DNA of 29,258 bases from NCBI GenBank assembly GCA_012521525.1, contig JAAYMG010000037.1, positions 1-29,258 on the forward strand. Reading direction: 5' to 3'. The position numbers were made by a program, and so were the translations under genes. A model generated the notes under the pieces. The model ran no database searches and was not told where the DNA came from. It saw nothing but the letters and a program-made list of their open reading frames with translations. The DNA is from Clostridiales bacterium. Lineage in GTDB: Bacteria; Bacillota; Clostridia; Oscillospirales; JAAYOS01. Shown piece by piece: positions 16,724 through 25,555 of this stretch (position 1 is the first letter of the stretch; each line of letters starts with the position of its first letter).

Positions 16724-16762
16724 GCTTGAGGATGGGAACGGCTTACACGACCATCCTCAAGC
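16724..16762 (+). terminator. Hairpin between the ABC operon and xth
   Basis: GCTTGAGGATGG-N15-CCATCCTCAAGC, a 12-bp stem. The A-run before it fits minus-strand termination better than plus-strand. Confidence 0.45.
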
Positions 16763-16792
16763 ATATTCTGTTTACCGGATTGGAGATACCAT

Positions 16793-17545
16793 ATGAAACT
16801 TGTAACCTGGAATGTCAACGGCTTTAGGTCATGCCTTCAAAAAGGCTTTGCGGACTTTTTCCATGATGTGGACGCGGATATATTCTGCATACAGGAGACA
16901 AAAATGCAGGAGGGGCAAGTGGATTTCAGCCCGCAGGGTTATTTCAATTACTTCCACAGTGCGATCAGGAAGGGGTATTCGGGCACCGCAGTCTTTACCA
17001 GGATCGAACCGATCTCAGTTGAATTTGGTTTAAGGGGCGATCATTGTGACGAAGGCCGTGTCATGACTCTCGAATATGATCAGTTCTACCTTGTAAACTG
17101 TTATTCCCCGAATTCGCAAAACGAACTAGCCAGGATAGGCTACAGGATGGAGTTTGAAGACGCACTGAGAGAGTATCTGTCTGATCTTGACCTTGTCAAG
17201 CCTGTAATACTCTGCGGGGACTTGAACGTGGCTCATCGGGAGATCGATCTCAAGAATCCAAAAGCCAACGCTGGAAGCGCAGGATTCAGTGACGAAGAAC
17301 GAAGCAAATTTTCACAGTTGCTGGATGCCGGTTTTATTGACAGCTTTCGTTACCTCTATCCCGATAAAACGGATGCCTACACCTGGTGGTCATATATGTT
17401 CAAGGCAAGGGAAAGGAATGCAGGCTGGAGGATAGACTACTTTGTCGTTTCGGACAGACTGAAAGGCTGTATCATAGATGTACAGATCCTGTCCGGGATA
17501 TATGGCAGTGACCACTGTCCCGTTTTGCTGGAGATAGACCTGTGA
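16793..17545 (+). CDS. xth: Exodeoxyribonuclease III / AP endonuclease (ExoA/Xth)
   Basis: WNVNG, QETK, YSPN, GDLNVAH, YTWWSY, GWRIDY, SDHCP. Confidence 0.95.
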   Translation: MKLVTWNVNGFRSCLQKGFADFFHDVDADIFCIQETKMQEGQVDFSPQGYFNYFHSAIRKGYSGTAVFTRIEPISVEFGLRGDHCDEGRVMTLEYDQFYLVNCYSPNSQNELARIGYRMEFEDALREYLSDLDLVKPVILCGDLNVAHREIDLKNPKANAGSAGFSDEERSKFSQLLDAGFIDSFRYLYPDKTDAYTWWSYMFKARERNAGWRIDYFVVSDRLKGCIIDVQILSGIYGSDHCPVLLEIDL

Positions 17546-17578
17546 TCCTTTTTTATTCAGACCGACATAAGGATCGGT

Positions 17579-18178
17579 TTACTTATTTATATCGCCGACT
17601 CGCTCTCGCTTTATCCGTTCACGCCAGCACTTGTGGCACATCGCGATATAACTTTCATTTCCCCCGAGCATGATCTGCTCGCCGCTGGTCACGACTTTTC
17701 CGTCGGGGCCGATGCGTGCGTTGACCGTAGCCTTGACGCCGCATTCGCATATGGTCTTGATCTCGGTGATCGATTCAGCCAGCTCCATCAGCCTTTTGCT
17801 GCCGGGAAAGAGCCTTGTCATAAAGTCGGTACGCAATCCGAAACACAAAACGGGAATATCGTATTCATCAACTATATCCCTGAGTTCATCTACCTGTTTT
17901 TCCGAGAGGAACTGAGCTTCATCGATTATTATAACATCGCAGTTGTCTTTCCTCTCACTGACAAACGCTTCAAGGATACTGGCTTCCTTTTCGATTATGT
18001 CGGCTCTCGCTTCGATACCGATCCTCGATCGTATGATGTTGTAGCCATATCGGGTATCGATAGCGGGTTTAAGAAGCCATACCTTCATGCCTCTCTCTTC
18101 ATAGTTGAACTTGGTTATCAGAGCCTGTGCAGTCTTGGAACTGCCCATAGAACCGTATTTAAAATACAATTTTGCCAT
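17579..18178 (-). CDS. tdk: Thymidine kinase (type II)
   Basis: GSMGSSKT P-loop, DEAQF, FGLRTDF, Zn-lasso cysteines ICECG and MCHKC. Start placed at ATG 18178 (MAKLYF). Confidence 0.93.
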   Translation of the reverse strand: MAKLYFKYGSMGSSKTAQALITKFNYEERGMKVWLLKPAIDTRYGYNIIRSRIGIEARADIIEKEASILEAFVSERKDNCDVIIIDEAQFLSEKQVDELRDIVDEYDIPVLCFGLRTDFMTRLFPGSKRLMELAESITEIKTICECGVKATVNARIGPDGKVVTSGEQIMLGGNESYIAMCHKCWRERIKRERVGDINK

Positions 18179-18194
18179 TTGACCACATCTTTCC

Positions 18195-18203
18195 TTATCC
18201 ACA
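18195..18203 (+). promoter_or_regulatory. Consensus DnaA box in the tdk/udk intergenic region
   Basis: TTATCCACA, exact consensus, abutting the tdk RBS. It is a single copy. Confidence 0.35.
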
Positions 18204-18289
18204 ACACTTTTCGTTCTTAATGGTCTCTGCTGAAATATTTTACACCTGTATGTATTTGATGTCAATTTAGGTAATTAGGAGCTTTACTT

Positions 18290-18916
18290 ATGAGCAATAT
18301 AATGATCATCGGTGTTGCAGGCGGAACGGGGAGCGGGAAAACGACCCTCGTAAATCAACTGCGGAAGCGATTTGGTGACAATGTCGTTGTGTTATATCAC
18401 GACAATTATTATAAGCCTTACTTGGAACTGCCGTTCAGTGAGCGCGCAAAGCTGAACTATGATCATCCTGACGCCTTCGATACCGACCTGTTGGTTAGTC
18501 ATCTTAAGGCTTTGAAAGAAAATCAGGCCATAGAATGTCCTGTTTATGACTATAAACTGTACACACGTTCAGATAAAACTGAAATCATATTTCCGTCTAA
18601 AGTCATAATTGTGGAAGGCATATTGGTATTCGCAGACGAAAACCTGAGAAACATGATGGACATCAAGATCTTTGTCGATACCGATGCCGACGTTCGGATC
18701 CTGAGGAGGATCCTTCGCGATGTCGAAGAAAGAGGCCGCAGCATCAAGTCAGTCGTAGAACAATACCTGAGTACGGTTAAGCCGATGCACGAGCAGTTCG
18801 TCGAACCATCAAAAAGATATGCGGACATTATCGTCCTTGACGGCGGCTACAACCTTGTTGCCCTTGAAATGATAATGCAGCGCATAGAAAACCACCTGGA
18901 GTCGAGCAAAATTTAG
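18290..18916 (+). CDS. udk: Uridine kinase
   Basis: IGVAGGTGSGKTT, HDNYY, NYDHPDAFD, VEGIL, IFVDTDADVR..RR..RD..ERGR, KPMHEQFVEPSKRYADII. Confidence 0.95.
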   Translation: MSNIMIIGVAGGTGSGKTTLVNQLRKRFGDNVVVLYHDNYYKPYLELPFSERAKLNYDHPDAFDTDLLVSHLKALKENQAIECPVYDYKLYTRSDKTEIIFPSKVIIVEGILVFADENLRNMMDIKIFVDTDADVRILRRILRDVEERGRSIKSVVEQYLSTVKPMHEQFVEPSKRYADIIVLDGGYNLVALEMIMQRIENHLESSKI

Positions 18917-18927
18917 CCCGATTCCGG

Positions 18928-18980
18928 TTGACAAATATTCAGTTTTATTATAGCATAATTCATAGTAAACTTATATGATT
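18928..18980 (+). promoter_or_regulatory. Probable sigmaA promoter plus candidate Rrf2 operator
   Basis: TTGACA-N17-TAGCAT, immediately followed by the imperfect inverted repeat AATTCATAGTAAACTTATATGATT (18957-18980). Confidence 0.4.
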
Positions 18981-19166
18981 GCACTCGAAATATTGCAATT
19001 TTTGTCTCCCAATCAGATATTACATTTGCCGGAGCAGGGCAGATTTATACTTTGCTTGTTATCTTGCCTGATACTTGTGAAGTTATCTGTTTACGCATTT
19101 ATATATACTTAATGATATCATCTAATTATAAATTGATCGTTTCTTCATATCACAGGGGGTTACGAA

Positions 19167-19610
19167 GTGAAAATATCCACAAGGGGACGCTACGCGCTAA
19201 GGATGATGATCGATTTGGCCATGCACGGGAATGACCAATATGTAACCATTAAAGAAATATCACAGCGCCAGGGGATTTCAGCCAAGTACCTTGAACAGAT
19301 CATCTCGGTTTTGAGCAAGGCCAGCTATGTAAAAGGTTTGCGGGGCGCATCCGGGGGATATAAGCTTTCAAGGCCTCCTGAGGAATATACTGTCGGGATG
19401 ATACTTCGGCTCATTGAAGGCGATCTCGTCCCGGTCAAATGCATGGAAAGCGATCCGATAGATTGTGCAAGAGCCGATATTTGTGTTACTCTTGAAGTTT
19501 GGAAAAAAATCTACGACGCCATATCAAATGTCATAGACAATATAACTTTGGCTGATCTGGTAGAAATGCAAATCGAGAAACTCAGTGCATTGGGTAATAA
19601 GTCCAACTAG
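19167..19610 (+). CDS. Rrf2-family transcriptional regulator (IscR/CymR-like, three Cys)
   Basis: MKISTRGRYALR, ISAKYLEQI, RGASGGY, and C-terminal C-x7-C-x5-C followed by TLEVW...ITLADL. GTG start after AGGGGG. Confidence 0.93.
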   Translation: MKISTRGRYALRMMIDLAMHGNDQYVTIKEISQRQGISAKYLEQIISVLSKASYVKGLRGASGGYKLSRPPEEYTVGMILRLIEGDLVPVKCMESDPIDCARADICVTLEVWKKIYDAISNVIDNITLADLVEMQIEKLSALGNKSN

Positions 19611-19663
19611 TTCTTTGCACATACCACAACATTCTTTAAGTACATTCGGGCATATATAAGCAG

Positions 19664-19709
19664 ACAGGTCTCGTACAATTGTCAAAAGCAATTGTGAGAC
19701 CTGTTTTTT
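19664..19709 (+). terminator. Intrinsic terminator after the Rrf2 gene
   Basis: ACAGGTCTC-gt-ACAATTG / CAATTGT-GAGACCTGT stem with a bulge, then TTTTT. Confidence 0.7.
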
Positions 19710-19759
19710 ACCGCTACATCCTGTAATTCTCAGGCAGGGAAGAGGCAACACTAGCTTCT

Positions 19760-20176
19760 TCATTCACCGATGATCTTTATCAAAACGCGCTTGTCCCTCT
19801 TACCGTCGAATTCTCCGTAAAATATCTGCTCCCACGGGCCAAAGTCGAGCTTTCCGTTCGTTATGGCGCATACACACTCCCGTCCCATGACAGTACGCTT
19901 CAAGTGTGCGTCGGCATTGTCTTCAAATCCATTGTGTTCATATTGATCATATGGCTTTTCCGGTGCCAGCTTCTCAAGAAAGCGTTCAAAGTCCCTGTGC
20001 AAACCTGATTCGTCGTCGTTGATAAATACACTGGCTGTAATGTGCATTGCATTTACAAGCAGTAAGCCTTCCTTTATCCCGCTCTCCTTAAGGGCCTGCT
20101 CGACCTGTGGAGTTATATTGATAAAGGCCCTTCTTGTCGGCGTGTGGATCTTCAGTTCCTTTCTATATGACTTCAT
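19760..20176 (-). CDS. yjbQ: YjbQ/UPF0047 family protein (secondary thiamine-phosphate synthase activity reported for the family)
   Basis: [35 protein letters not shown]. Start ATG 20176 after AAGGAG. Confidence 0.92.
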   Translation of the reverse strand: MKSYRKELKIHTPTRRAFINITPQVEQALKESGIKEGLLLVNAMHITASVFINDDESGLHRDFERFLEKLAPEKPYDQYEHNGFEDNADAHLKRTVMGRECVCAITNGKLDFGPWEQIFYGEFDGKRDKRVLIKIIGE

Positions 20177-20217
20177 ATGTTTGGACTCCTTTTCCATTTT
20201 TATAATAAACCCAGTAA

Positions 20218-20245
20218 ATTATACCATGCCCTTCCTGCATATCAA
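20218..20245 (-). promoter_or_regulatory. sigmaA promoter for yjbQ
   Basis: Minus strand TTGATA-N16-TATAAT with an extended TG. Confidence 0.6.
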
Positions 20246-20388
20246 ATAGCATTTTAGGATCGGATAAGATACACCGTTTCTGTCATAAAGATTATCAAAT
20301 CCGATGGAACGAGCGATATTTGTAGATGATGGAGCAAAAACAAAACAAGATTTTTGCAAAATTTATTCAGTTTCATGTTTTATAATTG

Positions 20389-20424
20389 TAGACAAATGGT
20401 TACAATTTTGTTACAATGTGTAAC
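20389..20424 (+). promoter_or_regulatory. sigmaA promoter for the hydrolase, overlapped by GTTACA repeats
   Basis: TAGACA-N17-TACAAT (TGtTACAAT), with GTTACA-N5-GTTACA at 20399-20415 and an inverted half-site TGTAAC at 20419-20424. Confidence 0.55.
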
Positions 20425-20505
20425 GCTTTTTAAAAGCTGGATATTTGTATGCATTTTTAGGGGTTAGCCGGCTTTCAAAGCCAAAATAAAAAACCAGACG
20501 TATCA

Positions 20506-21282
20506 ATGATATGGAGGAGTTTAATGTCAATAATAGCATTTATACTCACGTCTTGGCTGCTCTCAGTCGTGTATACGCCTAAAGTCGTCAATGTAGCTGC
20601 TGAAACATTGCTTTATAAAAACGATAATAATCAAATTGCATATAGTGAGACACTTAGCGCTGACGGCAGCGCTTCAAGCGAAGACCTTTTGTCAGGCGTC
20701 ATCGTATTTAATTACAGCAAAGAGACGGATTATTGGAAGCTGATAAAACAGGCGGTCAATGACGGAAGCCCATACGCACTGAAAATGGCCGAGATATATG
20801 AAGCACAGCGCAATCTGAAAATCGACATGGAAGGTATTCCGCTCCCCAAGACCGAAATTTTCGGGAAGTCAAAGTCACTTGAAGAGATAAGGAGAGCCGT
20901 CGACTTATACGACAGAAAACCGCCATATAATCTTACCTTACAGGAAAGGCAGCTCGTTGAACGATGTGTCATGGCAGAAGCGGGCAATGAGTCTTACAAA
21001 GGCCAGATGGCAGTCGCACAGGCGATCCTGGACGGGACACTTCGAACAGGCCTTGATGTGGCGTCTTCCATCAAACGATACAGAATAGTCAGCAGATCGG
21101 ACATCCCCGTCTCGGAAAGCGTCAAAAAAGCTGTTTCAGCCGTATTCGATTACGGCGAGAGGGTGACCCCCGAAAAAATGGATGTTTGGTACGCTCCCAA
21201 GCGGGTCTACTCTGCCTGGCATGAATCCCAGAACTATGTAACCACTATAGGCAACCACAAGTTCTTCTGGATGAATGAATAG
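20506..21282 (+). CDS. Secreted cell-wall hydrolase, SleB/CwlJ/YkvT (Hydrolase_2) family
   Basis: N-terminal hydrophobic signal; catalytic region VMAEAGNESYKGQMAVAQ and C-terminal TIGNHKF. An alternative start at ATG 20524 follows GGAGG. Confidence 0.8.
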   Translation: MIWRSLMSIIAFILTSWLLSVVYTPKVVNVAAETLLYKNDNNQIAYSETLSADGSASSEDLLSGVIVFNYSKETDYWKLIKQAVNDGSPYALKMAEIYEAQRNLKIDMEGIPLPKTEIFGKSKSLEEIRRAVDLYDRKPPYNLTLQERQLVERCVMAEAGNESYKGQMAVAQAILDGTLRTGLDVASSIKRYRIVSRSDIPVSESVKKAVSAVFDYGERVTPEKMDVWYAPKRVYSAWHESQNYVTTIGNHKFFWMNE

Positions 21283-21408
21283 CCTGAAAATTAGCAAAAT
21301 CATTTCCTTTTAACCAATTTTAGCTTTCATCATTATTACTATCATACTATTAATTATTTAGATTTACAGACTGATCGATAAGTTTAGCCCCATACAAATT
21401 ATCCATTG

Positions 21409-21442
21409 AAAAATGCGCTCCCGACGGCAGCGCATTTTTCTT
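21409..21442 (+). terminator. Bidirectional intrinsic terminator
   Basis: AAAAATGCGCT-N9-AGCGCATTTTT. Confidence 0.7.
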
Positions 21443-21503
21443 TATATGAACCTGAGATTTTCCTGCTTAACAACTCCCGCAAAAATCCATAGAACGTCAT
21501 GCA

Positions 21504-21533
21504 GTATATGTTTTATACAATTTGGTCATTATA
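21504..21533 (+). promoter_or_regulatory. Forespore sigmaG (sigmaF/G-type) promoter for the ger operon
   Basis: GTATA-N18-CATTATA, matching GHATR-N17/18-CATWHTA. It also reads GTATA-N15-GGTCATTATA, which is sigmaF-like. Confidence 0.7.
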
Positions 21534-21552
21534 ACTCTTGTTTCTAATTTGC

Positions 21553-21581
21553 GCATAATTTTCCTTGCCATGCTAAAAATA
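21553..21581 (+). promoter_or_regulatory. Second sigmaG-like promoter
   Basis: GCATA-N17-AAAAATA. Confidence 0.45.
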
Positions 21582-21610
21582 AGAACAATGGAAACAACAG
21601 TAGAAGCAGG

Positions 21611-23239
21611 TTGTACGATATGTTTGGATACCTTACAAGGAAAATAAACTACTACTTTTTGAAAGCGGCAAATGACAAGGCGAATTTCCGCACTAATACC
21701 GGTTCAGCCACACCGGTTTCTATTATTGCCGAGCCGATAGATAAAGACCTGTCGAAAAACATCGAGAATGTCAAAAACGTGATGAGCAACAGCTGTGACC
21801 TGGCCGTCCACGAATTCTGTTTCGGGTATAACAGAAAGCATACCGGTGCACTGATTTACATTTCCAGTTTGACGGACAGAGGGGAAATACACAAGCATGT
21901 ACTGAATCCGCTCATGTACGATTCTCTGATGCTTAAAAATAATGAAACTGAAAACATGTTTGACATTGAGGACATCGGGAGAAGCCTGCTTTCAATCACA
22001 GAATACAGCGTGATCATCCAGCTGAAAGAATTGATAGAGAAACTTCTGAGCGGTTCATCGATCCTCCTGGTACACGGTTCAACAAAAGCCCTTGCGATCA
22101 ATACGATCAAGGTGGAGACAAGGGGAGTGCAAGAACCGGATACCGAATCGGTCGTACGGGGACCGAGAGAGGGATTCAATGAAAACATAAAGACGAATAT
22201 ATCCCTGATAAGACGGAAGCTAAAGGATCCGGCGCTATGTATCGAGGAAATGACAATAGGGGAATTGTCCAACACAAAGGTGGCGATCGTCTACCTGAAA
22301 ACACTGGCAAACCCAAAAATAGTCGATGAAGTCAGGAAAAGACTCAGCAGGATAAAAATAGATGCAATACTTGAATCGGGATATATTGAAGAATTTATAG
22401 AGGACGCGCCATATTCGATTTTCTCTACCGTATCAAACAGTGAAAAGCCCGACAAGGTTGCATCTAAACTGTTGGAGGGCCGTGTCGCAATCCTGGTTGA
22501 CGGGACACCGTTCGTCCTTATGGTTCCCATGATCTTTGCGGAGAGCTTCCAAAGCAGCGAAGACTATTACTCAAGGCCGTTTCTTTCCAGCATCCTCCGC
22601 ATTTTGAGAATCATCGCTTTCTTTCTGAGCATTTTGGGACCTGCATTATATGTAGCTTTGACAGTTTTCCATCAGGAGCTCATACCTACACAATTGCTGA
22701 TTTCAGTAGCCGCCGGGCACGAGAAAGTACCGTTTCCTGCGATTTTGGAAGCACTTCTTATGCTCATCGTATTTGACATCTTGCGGGAAGCCGGAGTCCG
22801 CCTGCCATCGGCGATTGGACAGACCATAAGCATCGTAGGAGCGCTTGTGCTTGGGCAGGCTGCCGTTGAAGCTGGCCTGATAAGCCCCATCATGGTCATC
22901 GTGGTTGCTACTACGGCAATATCAAGCTTTGCCGTCACTCCGCAAACGGATTCAAGTACCGTATTGAGGTATTTTTACCTGTTTCTGGCGGGAATCGCAG
23001 GCGGTTTCGGAGTGATGATGGGGATGCTTATCACGCTGATGCATCTTGCCTCACTAAGATCTTTCGGAGTCCCGTATCTGTGGCCTGTTGCGCCTCTCAA
23101 TTTTTCGGCATTGAAAGACGTATTCATCAGAGCCCCAATCTGGAAAATGGATAAACGCCCCTCAGCTCTAAAATGGGACGTTGACTTACAGCGTCAGTCG
23201 CGAAATCTAAGGCCTTCTCCCGAAAAACAAGAGCAATGA
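21611..23239 (+). CDS. gerKA: Spore germination receptor A subunit (GerA family)
   Basis: EPDTESVVRGPREGF, SEKPDKVA..LLEGRVAILVDGTP, LREAGVRLP, IVGALVLGQAAV, SFGVPYL. The start may be ATG 21620. The symbol is assigned at family level from the A-C-B gene order. Confidence 0.93.
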   Translation: MYDMFGYLTRKINYYFLKAANDKANFRTNTGSATPVSIIAEPIDKDLSKNIENVKNVMSNSCDLAVHEFCFGYNRKHTGALIYISSLTDRGEIHKHVLNPLMYDSLMLKNNETENMFDIEDIGRSLLSITEYSVIIQLKELIEKLLSGSSILLVHGSTKALAINTIKVETRGVQEPDTESVVRGPREGFNENIKTNISLIRRKLKDPALCIEEMTIGELSNTKVAIVYLKTLANPKIVDEVRKRLSRIKIDAILESGYIEEFIEDAPYSIFSTVSNSEKPDKVASKLLEGRVAILVDGTPFVLMVPMIFAESFQSSEDYYSRPFLSSILRILRIIAFFLSILGPALYVALTVFHQELIPTQLLISVAAGHEKVPFPAILEALLMLIVFDILREAGVRLPSAIGQTISIVGALVLGQAAVEAGLISPIMVIVVATTAISSFAVTPQTDSSTVLRYFYLFLAGIAGGFGVMMGMLITLMHLASLRSFGVPYLWPVAPLNFSALKDVFIRAPIWKMDKRPSALKWDVDLQRQSRNLRPSPEKQEQ

Positions 23240-23267
23240 TCCTGAGAAAACAGGGAGGAGTTTAGAT

Positions 23268-24440
23268 ATGAAAAATACTGCTGTCAAAATCGCAACGATT
23301 TTGCTCATGATCACTCTCCTGTTCGGATGCCTGGACGGGAGAGAATTGAGCGAGTTGGAAATCGTCATCGGGATCGGCATCGACAGTGCGGATGATCCCG
23401 ATTCTATAAAACTTACCGCCCAAGTTGTAAACGTTAGCCAACTCGGTTTGAGCGGAAGCGGCGGTGATCCGGATTCGAAACCCTACTGGAATGCGGCAAC
23501 TACCGGAACGACTATTTTTGAAGCAATAAGGCAGATAACTCATAAAACCGGAAACAGGCTCTTCGTCCCCCATTGCGAGGTTGTCATTTACTCAAAGGAT
23601 GTTGCAAAGCAGGGATTATACAAGCACCTTGACTTTTTTTTGCGTGCGATAGAGATGAGATTGACATCATTCATATTGATTGCGGAGGGAAAAGCCGGAG
23701 AAGTTCTGGATGCAAAACCGCAGACAGAGGAACTTCCCGCAGTCAACATATACAACCTGGTCAAATCATATGGATTTACTTCTCACCTGTATGACGTGAC
23801 TCTGAAAGAGTTTTCATCCCGCCTCATAAGCGAGGCCACGGCACCCGTAGCGCCGTTAATCAAAGTAGTCCAGGAAGGAGAAAACAAGGATGTCCAGGTC
23901 ATGGGTCTTGCTGTTTTCAAGGAAGACAAAATGATCGATGAGCTGAACATGGATGAGACTAGGGGACTTTTATGGGTCATCAATGAAGTCAAAAGCGGCG
24001 TACTGATCGTTCCGACACCTGAAGAATCAGGAGTAGCGGTCTTTGAGATAGAGACTGCCAAGGGTAAAGTCAAACCTGAAATAACCGATGACGGAAAGAT
24101 CATAATGCATATCGATATTAAGCTGCAAGCAAACCTGTCCGAACAAACAACTGCTGAAAAACTGGCCAGGCCAGAGATCTTTGAAAAACTGCAGGACAAC
24201 ATGTCGGAAGTGGTCGTTCAAGAGATAATGTCCGCTTACGAAAAATCGTCAAAGACCGGTTCCGATATCTTCGGCTTCGGTGATATGATCCATAAAAAAT
24301 ATAACAAAAAATGGCATGAGCAGCTGGAAGAAGATTGGGAAGAGATTTATAAGACGATAGAGTTTGATATAAAAGTTGATTCCAAGATCACAAAAACGAA
24401 TCTGCTGAAGAATCCCGTGACACAAAAATTGGGAGGATGA
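23268..24440 (+). CDS. gerKC: Ger(x)C germination receptor lipoprotein subunit
   Basis: Lipobox LLFGC followed by D.RELSEL.IV.GIGID; G.TIFEA.R, GLAVFK.DK, DIFGFG. RBS GGGAGGAG. Confidence 0.92.
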   Translation: MKNTAVKIATILLMITLLFGCLDGRELSELEIVIGIGIDSADDPDSIKLTAQVVNVSQLGLSGSGGDPDSKPYWNAATTGTTIFEAIRQITHKTGNRLFVPHCEVVIYSKDVAKQGLYKHLDFFLRAIEMRLTSFILIAEGKAGEVLDAKPQTEELPAVNIYNLVKSYGFTSHLYDVTLKEFSSRLISEATAPVAPLIKVVQEGENKDVQVMGLAVFKEDKMIDELNMDETRGLLWVINEVKSGVLIVPTPEESGVAVFEIETAKGKVKPEITDDGKIIMHIDIKLQANLSEQTTAEKLARPEIFEKLQDNMSEVVVQEIMSAYEKSSKTGSDIFGFGDMIHKKYNKKWHEQLEEDWEEIYKTIEFDIKVDSKITKTNLLKNPVTQKLGG

Positions 24441-25555
24441 ATGAAAGAATGAATGTAGAACGAGGGAAAATTAATGTCACTCAGCTTTTTTTCTGTGTCA
24501 CAGGGTTTGTTGAAGGATCAGTATTATTGGTGAATTTTGCGGTAGACATGACCAAATCCCAGACCTGGATGGCTGTATTGGCAAGCATTGCTGTTGCCAT
24601 ACCGGTCATTTACTCGTATGTTGCGCTCGCCACCAGATTTCCGGGATTGAATGTCATTCAGATAAATGATATTGTTTATGGACCAATATTGGGAAAATTA
24701 ATCTCCCTATATTACATTTTCTTCTTTGCTCTGACATTCTCCTTCAACAACAGGGACATAGGGGAACTCTATAAGATTTTCATCATGCCTGATGCTCCCA
24801 TGATATTTTTCCTGGCAGCATTTGCGGTCACTTGCGCATATGCCGTGCATAAAGGCCTTGAGCCGCTGGCAAGGGTAAGCCACATAATAGTTGCAATTTC
24901 CTTTACGGTCATGCTGTTGATCTTTCTCCTCCTTATAGACATCATGGATTTTTCAAATTTTCTGCCCCTTTTCGACGTACCACTGATAAGTTTCATTCAC
25001 AGCGTCCATGTCATCACGGCGATCCCGTTTTGCGAATCGATAGCATTCCTGATGATTTTCGGATCACTCGACAAGACCGAAAAAGCTGCAAAATATGTTA
25101 TATGGGGGTTAATCAGCGGAGGATTCATACTGCTGAATGTTGCCGTCAGGAATACAGCCGTTCTGGGTAATACCGTGACGATATGGACCTCTACTTCTTT
25201 TGAATCGACCCGCCTTATCGATATCGGTACGGTGCTGACAAGAATGGACCTTTGGATCGGTGTTATCCAGACGATACTGATCTTTTTCAAAGCGAGCCTT
25301 TTGCTTTATGCCCTTGCTACATCCGTCGCCCAGATCCTTGGATTGAAATCATATCTGCCGATACTTCTGCCTTTGACAGCAATTGAGGTCATTTTGTCGG
25401 CAACCGTATATCAATCGCCGGTTGATCACGCAATGACCACGCAAAATGCAGGTATCTTTTACAGCACACCGTTATTATACTTTACACCGGCGATCACTTT
25501 GCTGATAGCGGTAATACGAAAGCTGCCAAAAAGCAAACGGAGGAAACGATCATGA
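24437..25555 (+). CDS. gerKB: Germination receptor B subunit (APC-family permease-like)
   Basis: About 10 TM helices; GLEPLAR, DFSNFLP, LTRMD. Start at 24437 or 24449. Confidence 0.9.
   Translation: MNERMNVERGKINVTQLFFCVTGFVEGSVLLVNFAVDMTKSQTWMAVLASIAVAIPVIYSYVALATRFPGLNVIQINDIVYGPILGKLISLYYIFFFALTFSFNNRDIGELYKIFIMPDAPMIFFLAAFAVTCAYAVHKGLEPLARVSHIIVAISFTVMLLIFLLLIDIMDFSNFLPLFDVPLISFIHSVHVITAIPFCESIAFLMIFGSLDKTEKAAKYVIWGLISGGFILLNVAVRNTAVLGNTVTIWTSTSFESTRLIDIGTVLTRMDLWIGVIQTILIFFKASLLLYALATSVAQILGLKSYLPILLPLTAIEVILSATVYQSPVDHAMTTQNAGIFYSTPLLYFTPAITLLIAVIRKLPKSKRRKRS

Noticed and set aside
17633-18220. 195-aa plus-strand ORF opposite tdk
   Set aside because: It is antisense to a motif-complete thymidine kinase and has no recognisable features.
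18241-18250. TACA-CC-TGTA (classical BlaI/CopY core) in the tdk/udk spacer
   Set aside because: Only 8 specified bases, expected by chance in a window this size, and the spacing differs from the local BlaI operator.
20418-20505. Possible c-di-AMP (ydaO) riboswitch before the cell-wall hydrolase
   Set aside because: The leader is short and lacks the GCTGAA / GGGGGA / GGGGTGAAT elements.
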